NCBI GenBank assembly: GCA_052327205.1
Contig: CM126222.1
Span: 56,358,001-56,422,000 of the forward strand
Source of the DNA: Somniosus microcephalus
Lineage: Eukaryota
Direction: 5' to 3'
DNA: 64,000 nucleotides
Positions 26,001 to 38,000 of this stretch are shown piece by piece; the first letter of the stretch is position 1, and each line of letters opens with the position of its first letter. A program made the position numbers and the translations under genes. The notes beneath the pieces were generated by a model, which saw only the letters and a list, made by a program, of their open reading frames with translations, searched no databases and was not told the DNA's origin.

Positions 26001-29000
26001 CAAGTTGCTGCAGTGCATCTTGTAGATGGTACACACTGCAGCCACGGTACGCCGGTGGTGGAGGGAGTGAATGTTTAAGGTGGTGGATGGGGTGCCAATC
26101 AAGTGGGCTGCTTTGTCTTGGATGGTGTCGAGCTTCTTGAGTGTTGTTGGAGCTGCGCTCATCCAGGCAAGTGGAGAGTATTCCATCACACTCCTGACTT
26201 ATGCCTTGTAGATGATGGAAAGGCTTTGGGGAGTCAGGAGGTGAGACACTCACCGCAGAATACCCAGCACTTCTGACCTCACCTCTGCCCCTCCCTCCCG
26301 GAACCACGATAGGGTTCCCCTTGTCCTCACTTTTCACCCCACCAGCCTCCACATTCAACGGATCATCCTCCGCCATTTCCGCTACCTCCAAAGTGATCCC
26401 ACCACCAAACGCATCTTCCCCTCCCCTTTCAGCATTCCATAGGGACCGCTCCCTCCGAGACACCCTAGTCCACTCCTCTATCACCCCTAGCACCCCTTCC
26501 CTTTCGTCTGGCACCTTCCCGTGCAAGCACAGGAGATGTAACACCTGCCCCTATACCTCCCCCCTTCCCACTGTCCAGGGCCCCAAACACCCCCTTCCAG
26601 GTGAAACAGCGATTTACTTGTTGTACTTGCAATTTAGTATACTGTATTCGCTGCTCACGATGCGGTCTCCTCTACATTGGGGAGACCAAACGCAGATTGG
26701 GTGACCGCTTTGCAGAACACCTCCGTTCAGTCCGTAAGGGTGACCCCGAGCTTCCGGTCGCCTGTCATTTTAATTCACCGCTCCATTCCCACTCGGACCT
26801 CACCGTCCTTGGCCTCTTGCATTGTTCCACGGAAGCTCAACGTAAACTCGAGGAACAGCGCCTCATCTTCCGATTAGGCACTTTGCAGCCTTCCGGACTC
26901 AATATCGAGTTCAACAATTTCAGGTCATAACCTCGGCCCCTATTACATTTTTACTTATATTTTTTTTTCCCCCACCCCTTTGTTTTGGGTTTTCCCTTCC
27001 CCCCCCCCTTTCCTTTTTTTTTACATGGCAGCTGTCTCTCATTCTGCCAGTACATTTCACACCTAATCTGAGCCGTCTTTTGTCTCTTTACTAATCCTAT
27101 CACCATCTCGTCTCGTTTTGAATACCTCTTAATGTCTATTCACTTCTTTTGTTCCTTCCCCAACCCTCCTTTCGATCTATTTCATTTCCTTTCCAGTTTT
27201 GAAAAAGGGTTTCAACCCGAAACGTCGACTCTAATTTCTCTCCACGGATGTTGCCTGGCCTGCTGAGTTTTTCCAGCATTTTCTGTTGTTATTTCGGATT
27301 TCCAGCATCTGCAGTATTTTGCTATCTGACCTGCTCTTGTTGCCACAGTATTTATGTGGCTGGTCCAGTTAAGTTTCTGGTCAATGGTGACCCCCAGGAT
27401 GTTGATGGTGGGGGATTCGGCAATGGTAATGCCGTTGAATGTCAAGACGCTCGCTTTTTGGAGATATTCATTGCCTGTCACTTGTGTGGCTTGAATGTTA
27501 CCTGCTACTTATCAGTGCAAGCTTGAATGTTGTCCAGGTCTTGCTGCATGCGGGCATGGACTGCTTCATTATCTGAGGAGTTGTGAATGGCAGTGAACAC
27601 TGTGCAGTTATCAGCGAACATCCCCACTTCTGACCTTATGATGGAGGGAAGGTCATTGATGAAGCAGCTGAAGATGGTTGGGCCTAGGACACTGCCTGAG
27701 GAACTCCTGCAGCTATGTCCTGGGACTATGATGATTGACCTCCAACCACCACAACGATCTTTCTTTGTGTTGGGTATGACTCTAGCCAGTGAAGAGTTTA
27801 CCCCCCAATTCCCATTGACTTCAGTTTTACTAGGGCTCCTTCATGCCACACTGGGTCAAATGCTGCCTTGATGTCAAGGGCAGTCACTGTCACCTCACCT
27901 CTGGAATTCAGCTCTTTTGTCCGTGTTTGGACCAAGGCTGTAATGAGGTCTGGAGCCGAGTGGTCCTGGCAGAACCCAAACTGGGTGGAACCCCAGGTCT
28001 GTGCCCGGTTTCCTGGCAGCAATCATGATTCATAATTCCTGCGCCAGTCCTCTGTGCCACCTTTATTCCAACCAGGTTGTCAGGTCAGAGGCTGACTACA
28101 TGTCAACAAGGGGAATCCCTTTCAGATATGGCTCATGACTCCTGTCAGGGACCCAGGCACAGCCGAAGATCTGGCATACAATGAGAGCCATGTCGCTCAC
28201 CAGAAATATCGTCAAGCAGACCCTCAGCGTGCTCAAGTAACGCTTCCGCTGCCTGGACTGTTCTGGAGGAATTTTGCAGTTCAGCCCTAAGCAGGTATCC
28301 AGATTTGTGGTTGTCTGCTCCATAACTATCGTGAGGGACCAGCCCTTACTGCCACCTGGGCAGCAAGAAGTGGAGCAGGAGGAGAAGGAGCAGCATGAAG
28401 AGGAGGAAGACCAGGAGCAGCAATGACCAGCAGTGCCTGTAGCTGCCAAAGCTCTCATAGAGCAGCTCATCTAAGAGTGCTTCATTTGAACAATCCCTCC
28501 CATCTCTAATACAGAAACTGTTCCAAGATCCTTGTCAGCACCATCTAAACTACTACCATTGGATTGCCTACCTTCAGTCCAGCCTTATGGGTCTTGCCCT
28601 CATTTCACTATCAATATAAACAGCAACACCAAATCCAGAGTGAAAAAAATCCAACAACTCAATTCCATCTGCGTCTAATATTTAATAGAAATAATTAAGA
28701 ATCGCCCTTGTGCAACTCCTTAGTGCCTGTCTTCTATGCTCGTTTACCTATCCTAGTGCTTTAATGAGGTGCATCCCCAGTGGTTAAAGCTTGGGAGATG
28801 GAAGGTCGCTGTGCTTCCATTGAGGACACTTCAGATGGCTGTGGTGGACGACTTCAAACCTCTCTGGGCCCTAATATCCTGGCTGCAGACTGCAGCATCT
28901 CTCCATGGGCTGGGGCAGTCTGGCCCAGCTGACTGTATGACACTAACATGGCACTGGTGGAGTGGGTGGCGGGAGAGGACAGCAGCTGCCTCCCCCATAG

Positions 29001-32000
29001 AGCTAAGGCCACTCTCCTGGGACTACGCCTCAGCACTCCTACAGCTCTGCGCGAGAACAGCAGGACTAATGTAATGTGAAGCTTTGGAAGCCCCCGTCAA
29101 CACTGGCCCCTGTAATGTATGTACCTTTAAGGGGAGAACTACTTTTTACAGCTCCTGTATACTGTAGTACCGGCAGTGACCACACCTGTATATAAACCCT
29201 GAGTAGTGATCTGTACAATTAGTTCTAGAGTAACCCTCATTCAGTAAACACCTGTTGAATCGTTCCCTGCAGTCTTGTTGTCTAATTATTGAAGGACACA
29301 ACATCAAGATACACGGATCTAACATTGGCGATGAGCAGATTCGAACCTACCTGTAACTCTGCATCACCTCCCAGGGATTCGCTCCTGGAGAACAGTGGAA
29401 GGAGGTCGAGTCCAGAAGCACGGGCGTCGACCACGGGCAACCGCCCAGTCATCCAGCGGAGATTTGAGCATCGCAGGGGAGGCTGTCGAGAGCCAGGCTT
29501 GGCTTTCCAGTCACGGTGGTCCAGCGAAACGGGCTGGCAACAGGTACTGCGCAGACCCTTCCCGGACAGCGGCAGCTAGAGCCGACCGAGCGGCATAGAA
29601 AAAGGCGGAGCAGCATCGACGGGGGAGAGAGAGAGGGTAGAGCGCACAGGGCGCAGCCGGTGTTCAGGACCCAGCGGCGTCAACGGGGGAGAGAGGTGAG
29701 AGAGAGCAGAGCGCAGCCGGTGTTCAAGGGCCGAGCAGCGTCAGCGGGGAAGAAAGGAAAGCGCGGGAGACGCCATTTTAAGCCGCAGCGGGGAAGAAAG
29801 GAAAGCGCAGAAGACACCATTTTAAGCCAGTCTAACCACACCCAAAAATGCCGAAGAGTGGCAGTATCACAGCGTTCGACAATGAAGTCGAAGATTGGAC
29901 GACATATGTCGAACGCATAGAAGTATACTGCAAGGTGAATGAAGTGCCAGATGACAAGAAAGCGCAGGTATTGTTGAATTCAATGGGTGCAAAAACGTAT
30001 GGCTTACTACGAAACCTAGTAACCCCAGAGAAGCCAGTAGAAAAGGATTTTGAAAACATAGTGTCAATCCTACAGGACCACTTAAACCCCACACCGCTGC
30101 TGATAGCAGAAAGATTTAAGTTTCACAAAAGGAACCAGCATAAAGATGAAAGTAATGCTGAGTGTTTAATGGAACTGCGCAAGCTATCGAAACACTGCCA
30201 GTTTGGAACGGGACTAGCAGATACTTTAAGGGACAAGTTTGCGTGTGGGCTTCAAAGTGAAGGAACCAGAAACGGCTTCTATCCGAAAAGGATCTTACGC
30301 TGGACAAGGCTTTCAGCATTGCAGTATCACACGAAGCAGCAGCACGGGGCGCAGCAGAGATACAACGGAGACCGCAAGAATATGGCACAAATGAAATGTC
30401 ATACGGAACAGTGAAGTGCTTTCGCTGCGGCAGAACAACACACGACCATAATGATTGCTGGTTCAAGGACAAAGTGTGCAGACAGTGTGGAAAAGTAGGA
30501 CACATAGCAAGAGTCTGCAGGTCGGGAAAGAAAACCAGCAGCAAGAAATCTCTACAGGAGAAGTACCAGAAGGTACATAAGGTGACGGAGAGCAGTTCAG
30601 ATGAACAGAAAATTGATACAGACTCCGGAAGCAAGGAGCTGGGTTGTCTGAAACTACATAATGTGATCAAAACGGAGGATCACCAAACTATCTGGGTCAC
30701 GCTCAAGATAGCAGGAGTCCAAGTGAAAATGGAATTGGACACAGGATCAGCCCTAACAGTCATAAACCGAAGGGACTACAAGCAGCTATTCTCACATATA
30801 CCCTTGAGAGATACAAAGATTGTCTTGAAGACGTACACGGGGCAAAAAGTCTACCCCAAAGGAAAAATAAGGGTGAACGTTATATATAACGGCAAGGAAA
30901 CACCAAAAATGGACCTATATGTATTGCCAGATGGAGGACCACCACTACTAGGACGTGAATGGATCCGGAAGATACAGCTAGATTGGCATTCCATACAAGC
31001 ACTGACTGTAGATGCCAAAAAGGATGACGACGTCACACCTGGACGACTGTCAAAAATGCTAACTGACGCACAAGAAGTGTTCCAGCAGGGACTCGGAACA
31101 CTAAAAGGCATAACAGCAATGATCAAAATAGAGGAAAATGCAAGCCCAAAGTTTTTTAAGGCCAGACCGGTACCTGATGCGATCCGCCCAGCCGTCGAAG
31201 CAGAGCTGGAAGGTTTGGAACGCTCAGGAGTACTGTCCAAAGTGGACTGGAGCGAGTGGGCTATACCCATCGTTCCTGTAATGAAGAGGTCGTTGAGTAA
31301 TACGCCTGGGGAACCAAAGAAGGTTCGCATCTGTGGGGACTTTAAGGTGACAGTGAACCCAGTCCTTCACGCGGTACAATATCCGCTTCCGCGGATTGAA
31401 GATATTTTCGCCTCGCTATCTGGAGGGAAACGCTTCACTAAGATTGATCTGGCCCAGGCGTACCTGCAAATGGAGGTAGAAGAAGCCTCAAAACAGTACC
31501 TCACGATCAACACTCATAAAGGTCTCTACCAATACAACCGGCTGGTGTTCGGGGTAGCATCAGCTCCGGCTATTTGGCAAAGGGCAATGGAACAAGTCCT
31601 GCAAGGGATTCCAGGGACCCAGTGTTATTTGGACGACATCCTGGTCACGGGCGAAAATGACAGTGATCACCTCGCCAACCTGGAGCAGGTGCTCACTAGA
31701 TTGAAGGAATATGGGCTCTGAGCTAATTGCCACAAATGCGAGTTTTTCCAGAAGCAGATCTTGTATTGTGGCCACGTTATTGATAAAGAGGGGTTACATA
31801 AGTCCCCTGAAAAGATTGAGGCAGTAGTCAAGGCTCCAGCACCGGAAAATGTGTCACAACTGAGGTCGTTCCTCGGGCTGGTGAACTACTACCATAAGTT
31901 CTTGCCGAATTTGTCTACCGTACTACACCCACTGAACACCCTACTGCAAACGGGGGTACCATGGAAGTGGAGTGACGAATGTAAACGAGCTTTCCAGAAG

Positions 32001-35000
32001 AGCAAAGAATTGATCACATCAAAAGAGGTGTTGGCTCATTTCAACCCAGCACTACCAATTCGGTTGGCGTGTGATGCATCACCCTATGGCATTGGAGCGG
32101 TGCTGTCGCACAAATTCCCGGACGGCTCGGAGAGGCCAGTAGCCTTTGCATCTCAGTCACTAACCTCAGCCGAGTGTAACTACGCCCAGATTGACAGGGA
32201 GGCCCTCAGCCTAGTGTGGGGAGTGAAAAAGTTCAATCACTATCTGCACGGGCAGAAGTTCACCTTGCTGACTGACCACCAACCATTTGTCTCCATCTTT
32301 AATCCAAAGAAGGGCGTTCCGGTGATGACTGCGCAATGGCCACAAAGATGGTCCCTTTTTCTAGGGGCGCACCAATATGAAATCGAGTATAAGGGCACGA
32401 AACAGCATGGAAACGCTGATGGGCTATCACGCCTGCCACTGCCTACTGCGGAGGAAGCACCAGCAGTGGATCCTGTCGAAATATTTCATTCGACTATAAT
32501 TGAATGCTTGCCAGTAACTAACGCTGGTATAGAGAAGGAGACCCGAAATGACCCGACACTGTCTCGGGTATATGATTTGACGGTGAAGGGATGGCCAGCA
32601 CATGGCGACTCACTGTTGCCAGCATTCTCACCCAGAAGAGAACAGCTGTCAGTATGCCAGGGGACCTTGATGTGTGGATCCCGAGTGGTAATTCCACCCA
32701 AGTTAAGGGAGAGAGTGCTCAATGAGCTTCATGAAGGTCATCTGGGAGGGGTGAAAATGAAAAGCCTTGCTAGGGCTTATGTGTGGTGGCCGGGGATCGA
32801 TCAGCAAATCGAGGACCTGACAAAGAGCTGCTCAGGATGCCAGAAGATCCAAAATGCACCACCACATGCCCCTCTACACCCATGGGAGTGGCCCTCATCT
32901 CCATGGCAACGGGTGCATATTGATTTTGCTGGTCCATTCATGGACTCAATGTTTTTAATAGCCGTGGATGCGCACTCGAAATGGCCTGAGGTGATCAAAA
33001 TGTCCTCCACCACCACGGAGAAAACTATTGCAGTCCTACGGACCATTTTTGCCAGGAACGGCTTGCCAGAGCAGATTTGCTCTGATAATGGACCACAGTT
33101 TGTGTCCGAAGAGTTTCGAAGATTTATGAAAAGGAATGGGGTAAGGCATTACACATCCACCCCGTATCATCCAGCCACAAATGGATTGGCTGAGAGGTTC
33201 GTACAAACCTTTAAGAAGGCAATAAAGGCTATGTACAATGACAACATTCCACTGCAGCACAAGGTGGACAATTTCCTGTTCACCTACCGGAATGCGACAC
33301 ATGCAGTCACCAACCAGGCCCCGGCCATGATGTTCTTTAACCGAAGGTTGAGATCTCGTCTGGATTTGCTCAGACCAAATGTACGAAGAGATGTTGAGAA
33401 TAAGCAATTCCAGCACATCAATGAGAAGCCGACAAGGAGCTTCAATGTAGGGCAACCAGTCTTGGCCCGCGACTACCGAACAGAGAAATGGCAACCAGGA
33501 ACGATATGCACACGGCAGGGGCCACTAATTTACACAGTGGATGTTGGGGAGAACATTGTGAGACGCCATGCTGACCAGATCCTAGAGTCACAGGAACGAG
33601 TCAACCCCATGTCTCGGCCATACGTACCTGGTGAGGAACCCGACATACAGGTCGCATCTACCTCAGAAACAATAGCATTGGAAGCTGATGAATCAACTGA
33701 CGACAGGGTGTTAGAATCGCCTCCGCACCAAGAGCGAGACACTCGGGAAAGGCGTTATCCAGAAAGAATCAGGAAGCCTCCCCAAAGACTGAATTTATAA
33801 ATAGACTATTTTCAGTTAATGTTGCATGTTAAAAGTGTTAATTGTAATTAGTTTGATATTTAATTGTTAAGAGTGTTATGGTACTGTTAATCTAAAAGGG
33901 GAGGAATTGTAATGTATGTACCTTTAAGGGGAGAACTACTTTTTACAGCTCCTGTATACTGTAGTACCGGCAGTGACCACACCTGTATATAAACCCTGAG
34001 TAGTGATCTGTATAGTTAGTTCTAGAGTAACCCTCATTCAGTAAACACCTGTTGAATCATTCCCTGCAGTCTTGTTGTCTAATTATTGAAGGACACAACA
34101 TCAAGATACACAGATCTAACAGCCCCCAGAGCTAAGATGGCGGCTGTCTGATCCTCCATGGCAGTAGTGTAAGCTGCTATGGAAGCTGTCAGCAGAGGCC
34201 CCACTGTCATGTTTATGGAGCTGATCACTCACTCCATGTTGGACAGAATAATCTCCATGCTCTGTGCGAAGACCTGGCACAAGGTGGAGCCGGACTCCTC
34301 CATACCCTGAGCCATTGCGTGCAAGCTCATTGGCAGCTACCCAGTGCATCTAGCATTTCCCGGTGCATGCCCATCAGTCTTCTTTATTAGCCTGGGCCCT
34401 TGAAGTCTGCATCTGTTCTCGGCAGCAGAGCTAGCGTGTGATCTCGCCCTCTGGCGAGCTGGCACCTGTGGTGTTCTATTCCCTGCCCTAGGTCCTGCAC
34501 ACTTGTGGCCAGTGATTCACCATCCTCTAGCCTAGCTTCTAAGGTATGCCTGGTGCCAATCTCTCAACTGGTACATGCTCGGGTCAGCTGAAGCGACACT
34601 ACATCTTCAGGAAGCCTGGCCTCCATTTCCTGTAGTGTCACAGGGGGCACAACATTTTCAGCACCTGAAATGAAAGAGAGGGACGAAAATTAGGTTTTAG
34701 TTGAAGGGAAAGCAGGGAGAGATGAATAGATGCTGAAAGCAGCTGTAGTTTGTCAAGGAGTGTGTAGGGTGACATAGAAGTAGGAATAGAAAAAGAGGAT
34801 AAGGTCTGAAGAAACCCTGCATGACATCTCCTTCAGCATTGCCACACGCCACGGCCACGACTCTCCTCCTGCCCGCGATGGCCAGTATGTTTTCTTCCAC
34901 AGGGAAAGGATGTGCAGGCATGCTTGACCTCCTCCAGTCATGGCCCCCTGTCATATGTTGTGCAAAAGACCTCCTCCTGCAAGAAAGAAGGGAGTGTTTT

Positions 35001-38000
35001 AGTGACATCCTTCTGAGGTGTTTAGAGAATGTGTCTGTCATGCTCTAATAGTTTGTATGTTTTATGTAAGAGGAAGTACGGGTTGCAATAGTGGTGAGAG
35101 TAGGAAGCGCAGCGTGTGTGGGTCAAGGGAGAAAGAGGTGGAGTGAAATGTTGTGCAGTGATTGTAGGAGAGTGAAGGGTAGTGGGGGAGGAGAGTCTTG
35201 TGAGTAGTGAGGCTGGAGATGGTGGATGTGTGAGCAGGCAGTAAGAGAGGTAAGTGTTAAGATTCTGACCTTGATAGCTCTGGTGGGGTCATGAACTTTT
35301 TGCTGCATTGCAGTCATGTCCTTGGAGCTAAGCTCCTGTCAATAAGCTCCTCTGTAACCTCTTCCCACTGGGACCACATGAACAGGCAAGTGTAGTGCAC
35401 ACCACCAACTACCCCCCGCCACCCCCCCCCCCCACCCACCTTACGCCTGTTTTCGGGCACGACTGAATTTCTAGGCCCTCATCTTGAGTGATTCCAGAAT
35501 TTTTACTTCCACGATCCTATCTGGAAGCCTATTTTGGGTACTGTTACTTGTTGCATGATGGTGCTTCCTGACATCTGTCCTGAATTTGACTTTTACTAGT
35601 TTAAAACTATGCTCCCTTGTTTTGCAGTCAAGATTTATCTTTCTTTTTAATTCCAAATTTAACGTTTCTATTTTGTTTAATATATTATCTACCTCTTTTA
35701 AGGTCCCATCTGATTCAGCACCTTTCTGTTAGCTTTATTCATTTCTGCTCCACAATAATTGGGCATGCTCATTCTTGAGTCCACCATTACTCCCAAATCT
35801 CTTTCAGCTAGTTCAGCAATATCCATTAAGTGGGCTGCACATTCTTTCTTTCACCATGCACTTATCCACATTGAATTTCATCTGCCATTGTTCTGTCCAC
35901 TTGCAAATTTTCACCAGCAACTTTTGTAGTTCCTTGGCTCCCTCACCAGACTCGTCTGCCTCCCCCACCCCTCCTGCTCCCCACGTAACAAGAGTGACTG
36001 CCCTTCAAAGTAATTCATTGTAATATGAAGCACTTTGGGGAAGCACTGTTTGAGAGATATGTTAAGGTGCTATATAAATATAAACTCTTCCTTTCCTTCT
36101 TATCTGTCAATTTTACCAAATTGCATTTTGTTTCTGAATCGATTTTATGTAGATTAGGTATAGCATGGGCCCTAGCGTCAATCACTTGGGTATTCCACTC
36201 AGTACATCTCACCACCCTGATACCACCTTAATTAGTTCCTCTCCCTGGCTTCCTTTCTTTCAGCCAGTTCCTAATCCATATTCGGGTTTTACCATGGATG
36301 CCTACTGAGTTAAGCTTCTTTAGCAGCTTTTCGAGTGGAAACTTATAAAGATCATGTAAGGAACCTTGAGCTCAAACCCACATCCTTTCATGGCGCAATG
36401 CACCTCTGCACTAACACCGCACTGCCCATATATTGATGTATGTTTAACAGTTCCAGATAACTTGTGTAATCTGTGGGTGTGAGATGAAGCACCAGTTTCA
36501 GAGATATTTTTGGGCCATGCTTTGCAACATTTAAACTGACAATTTCAATGAATAACAACTAATAGTGATTATATCAGAGTAGTGTGGGAATGCATCTTCA
36601 AAGTCAGTAATATTAGAGCCAGTTGTCTGGCCAAAGGTTGCAAAGAAAGCATTCACCGTATTGTGGGTGCACAAACTTAGTTACAATTCAACTTAAAGCT
36701 AATTAAATTATCAACATTTAACGATACTTTTCAAGTTTGCAATTCAACTTCTACATTAGAGAAACTGCACTGAGGCTTGTAAATACAATGTAACATTTCA
36801 GCCATTAGCGTAAATCATATCTAAATTGTGTCAAATTCATTTCAGTACCATTCAAAAAGCCTGAGTCATCCACTCAAACGTTATTATCTATGACTGGAGC
36901 CACTCCACCATCTGAACAAGACTGGTAAACAATACATTTTCATTTACTTAAGTAGACTCGATGTATTTTTCAAATTTCTTCTTGTGTATCGCTGAGGAGA
37001 GGCAAAGAACAATTCTGCTTTCAACAGAGTTATAGGAGCAAGCACTCAATAAGTATAGGTCTCATAACCCCCCACTCCCTGCCCCAACCCCAATCTCCCC
37101 CTATCACTGCTTGGATAAGACGCTTTAATCCTCAATCTCAGAGGAATATTCTGCACCCTCTCTTCATCCTTACAGCTATTTAACCAAAGTGATATAGTTG
37201 TATCATACATGGTTTTGTACCATAGACTTGTCTAGAGACTGCCCAAACGTATTTATTTTATGTCCATCAACACAAGGCCTGTGCTCTAGTGTGATCCATC
37301 TCTCTGTCCTCTCGATCAAGGTTGCAATGGTGTCTATGTCAAATCTGTGGTAACTTCTATAGCAATAAATGTTATCCCACAGTGCTGATATAACTGTGGG
37401 ATAACATTGTTACTGGTAATGTGTCAGCTTGGTTGAGTTGGTAGCATTCTCATCTTTGAGTTAGAAGGTCCACCAGGATTTGAGCACACAATCTAGCCTT
37501 CAATATGGGGGGAAACAGGACGTGCCAGTAATGAACATCTCCCAGATTCTCTATTTATTTAAAGTCTTGTTTGGTCACATAATTTGACTTTGCAAATTCC
37601 ACCATGATTTATAGATCATATCTTCAGTAAACATTATATTCAGCCTCTCCAAACAAAATAATCATTTTTAACCAGCTTCCTGCCAATTGGGTGGGGAGTT
37701 GGAGGAGAGAGACTGCCAAAGGGAAAGGAGATCAACAGGAACATCTCCAAATATATCTGGGTCAACCGTTACCCCAACCATATTGTCCAGTTTTTACAAA
37801 AATAATCCCAAGTGTTGCCTAGTTACATAGTTGACTTTATCTGGTACCATAGCATCTCACATGATGTAAGTCATTTTGGTTTCCTTAGTAGAGGCATTAC
37901 CCTCATTCTGAGAAAGTGAAAATATCTGACAACAGTACGGTTTATATACTTGTTTATATTTTGGGGGGTTTATTTAATCGTGCAATATAAGTGAAGGGGA

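Larger units (their letters stand above)
24805..35478. mobile_element. Decayed autonomous PIF/Harbinger transposon (convergent transposase and Myb/SANT genes) carrying nested insertions
   Basis: Transposase pieces on + (about 25150-25660, 27995-28460), Myb-like pieces on - (about 34850-35320), right TIR CTGAATTTCTAGGCCC 35463-35478. Left boundary is only weakly defined. Confidence 0.7.

Noticed and set aside
25150-28460. Domesticated HARBI1 host gene
   Set aside because: Stops, frameshifts, inserted LINE and several other decayed copies in the window indicate transposon relics.
31719-31721. Programmed readthrough or selenocysteine TGA in Gypsy pol
   Set aside because: It falls within RT at a conserved GLR position; CGA>TGA deamination is the simpler explanation.
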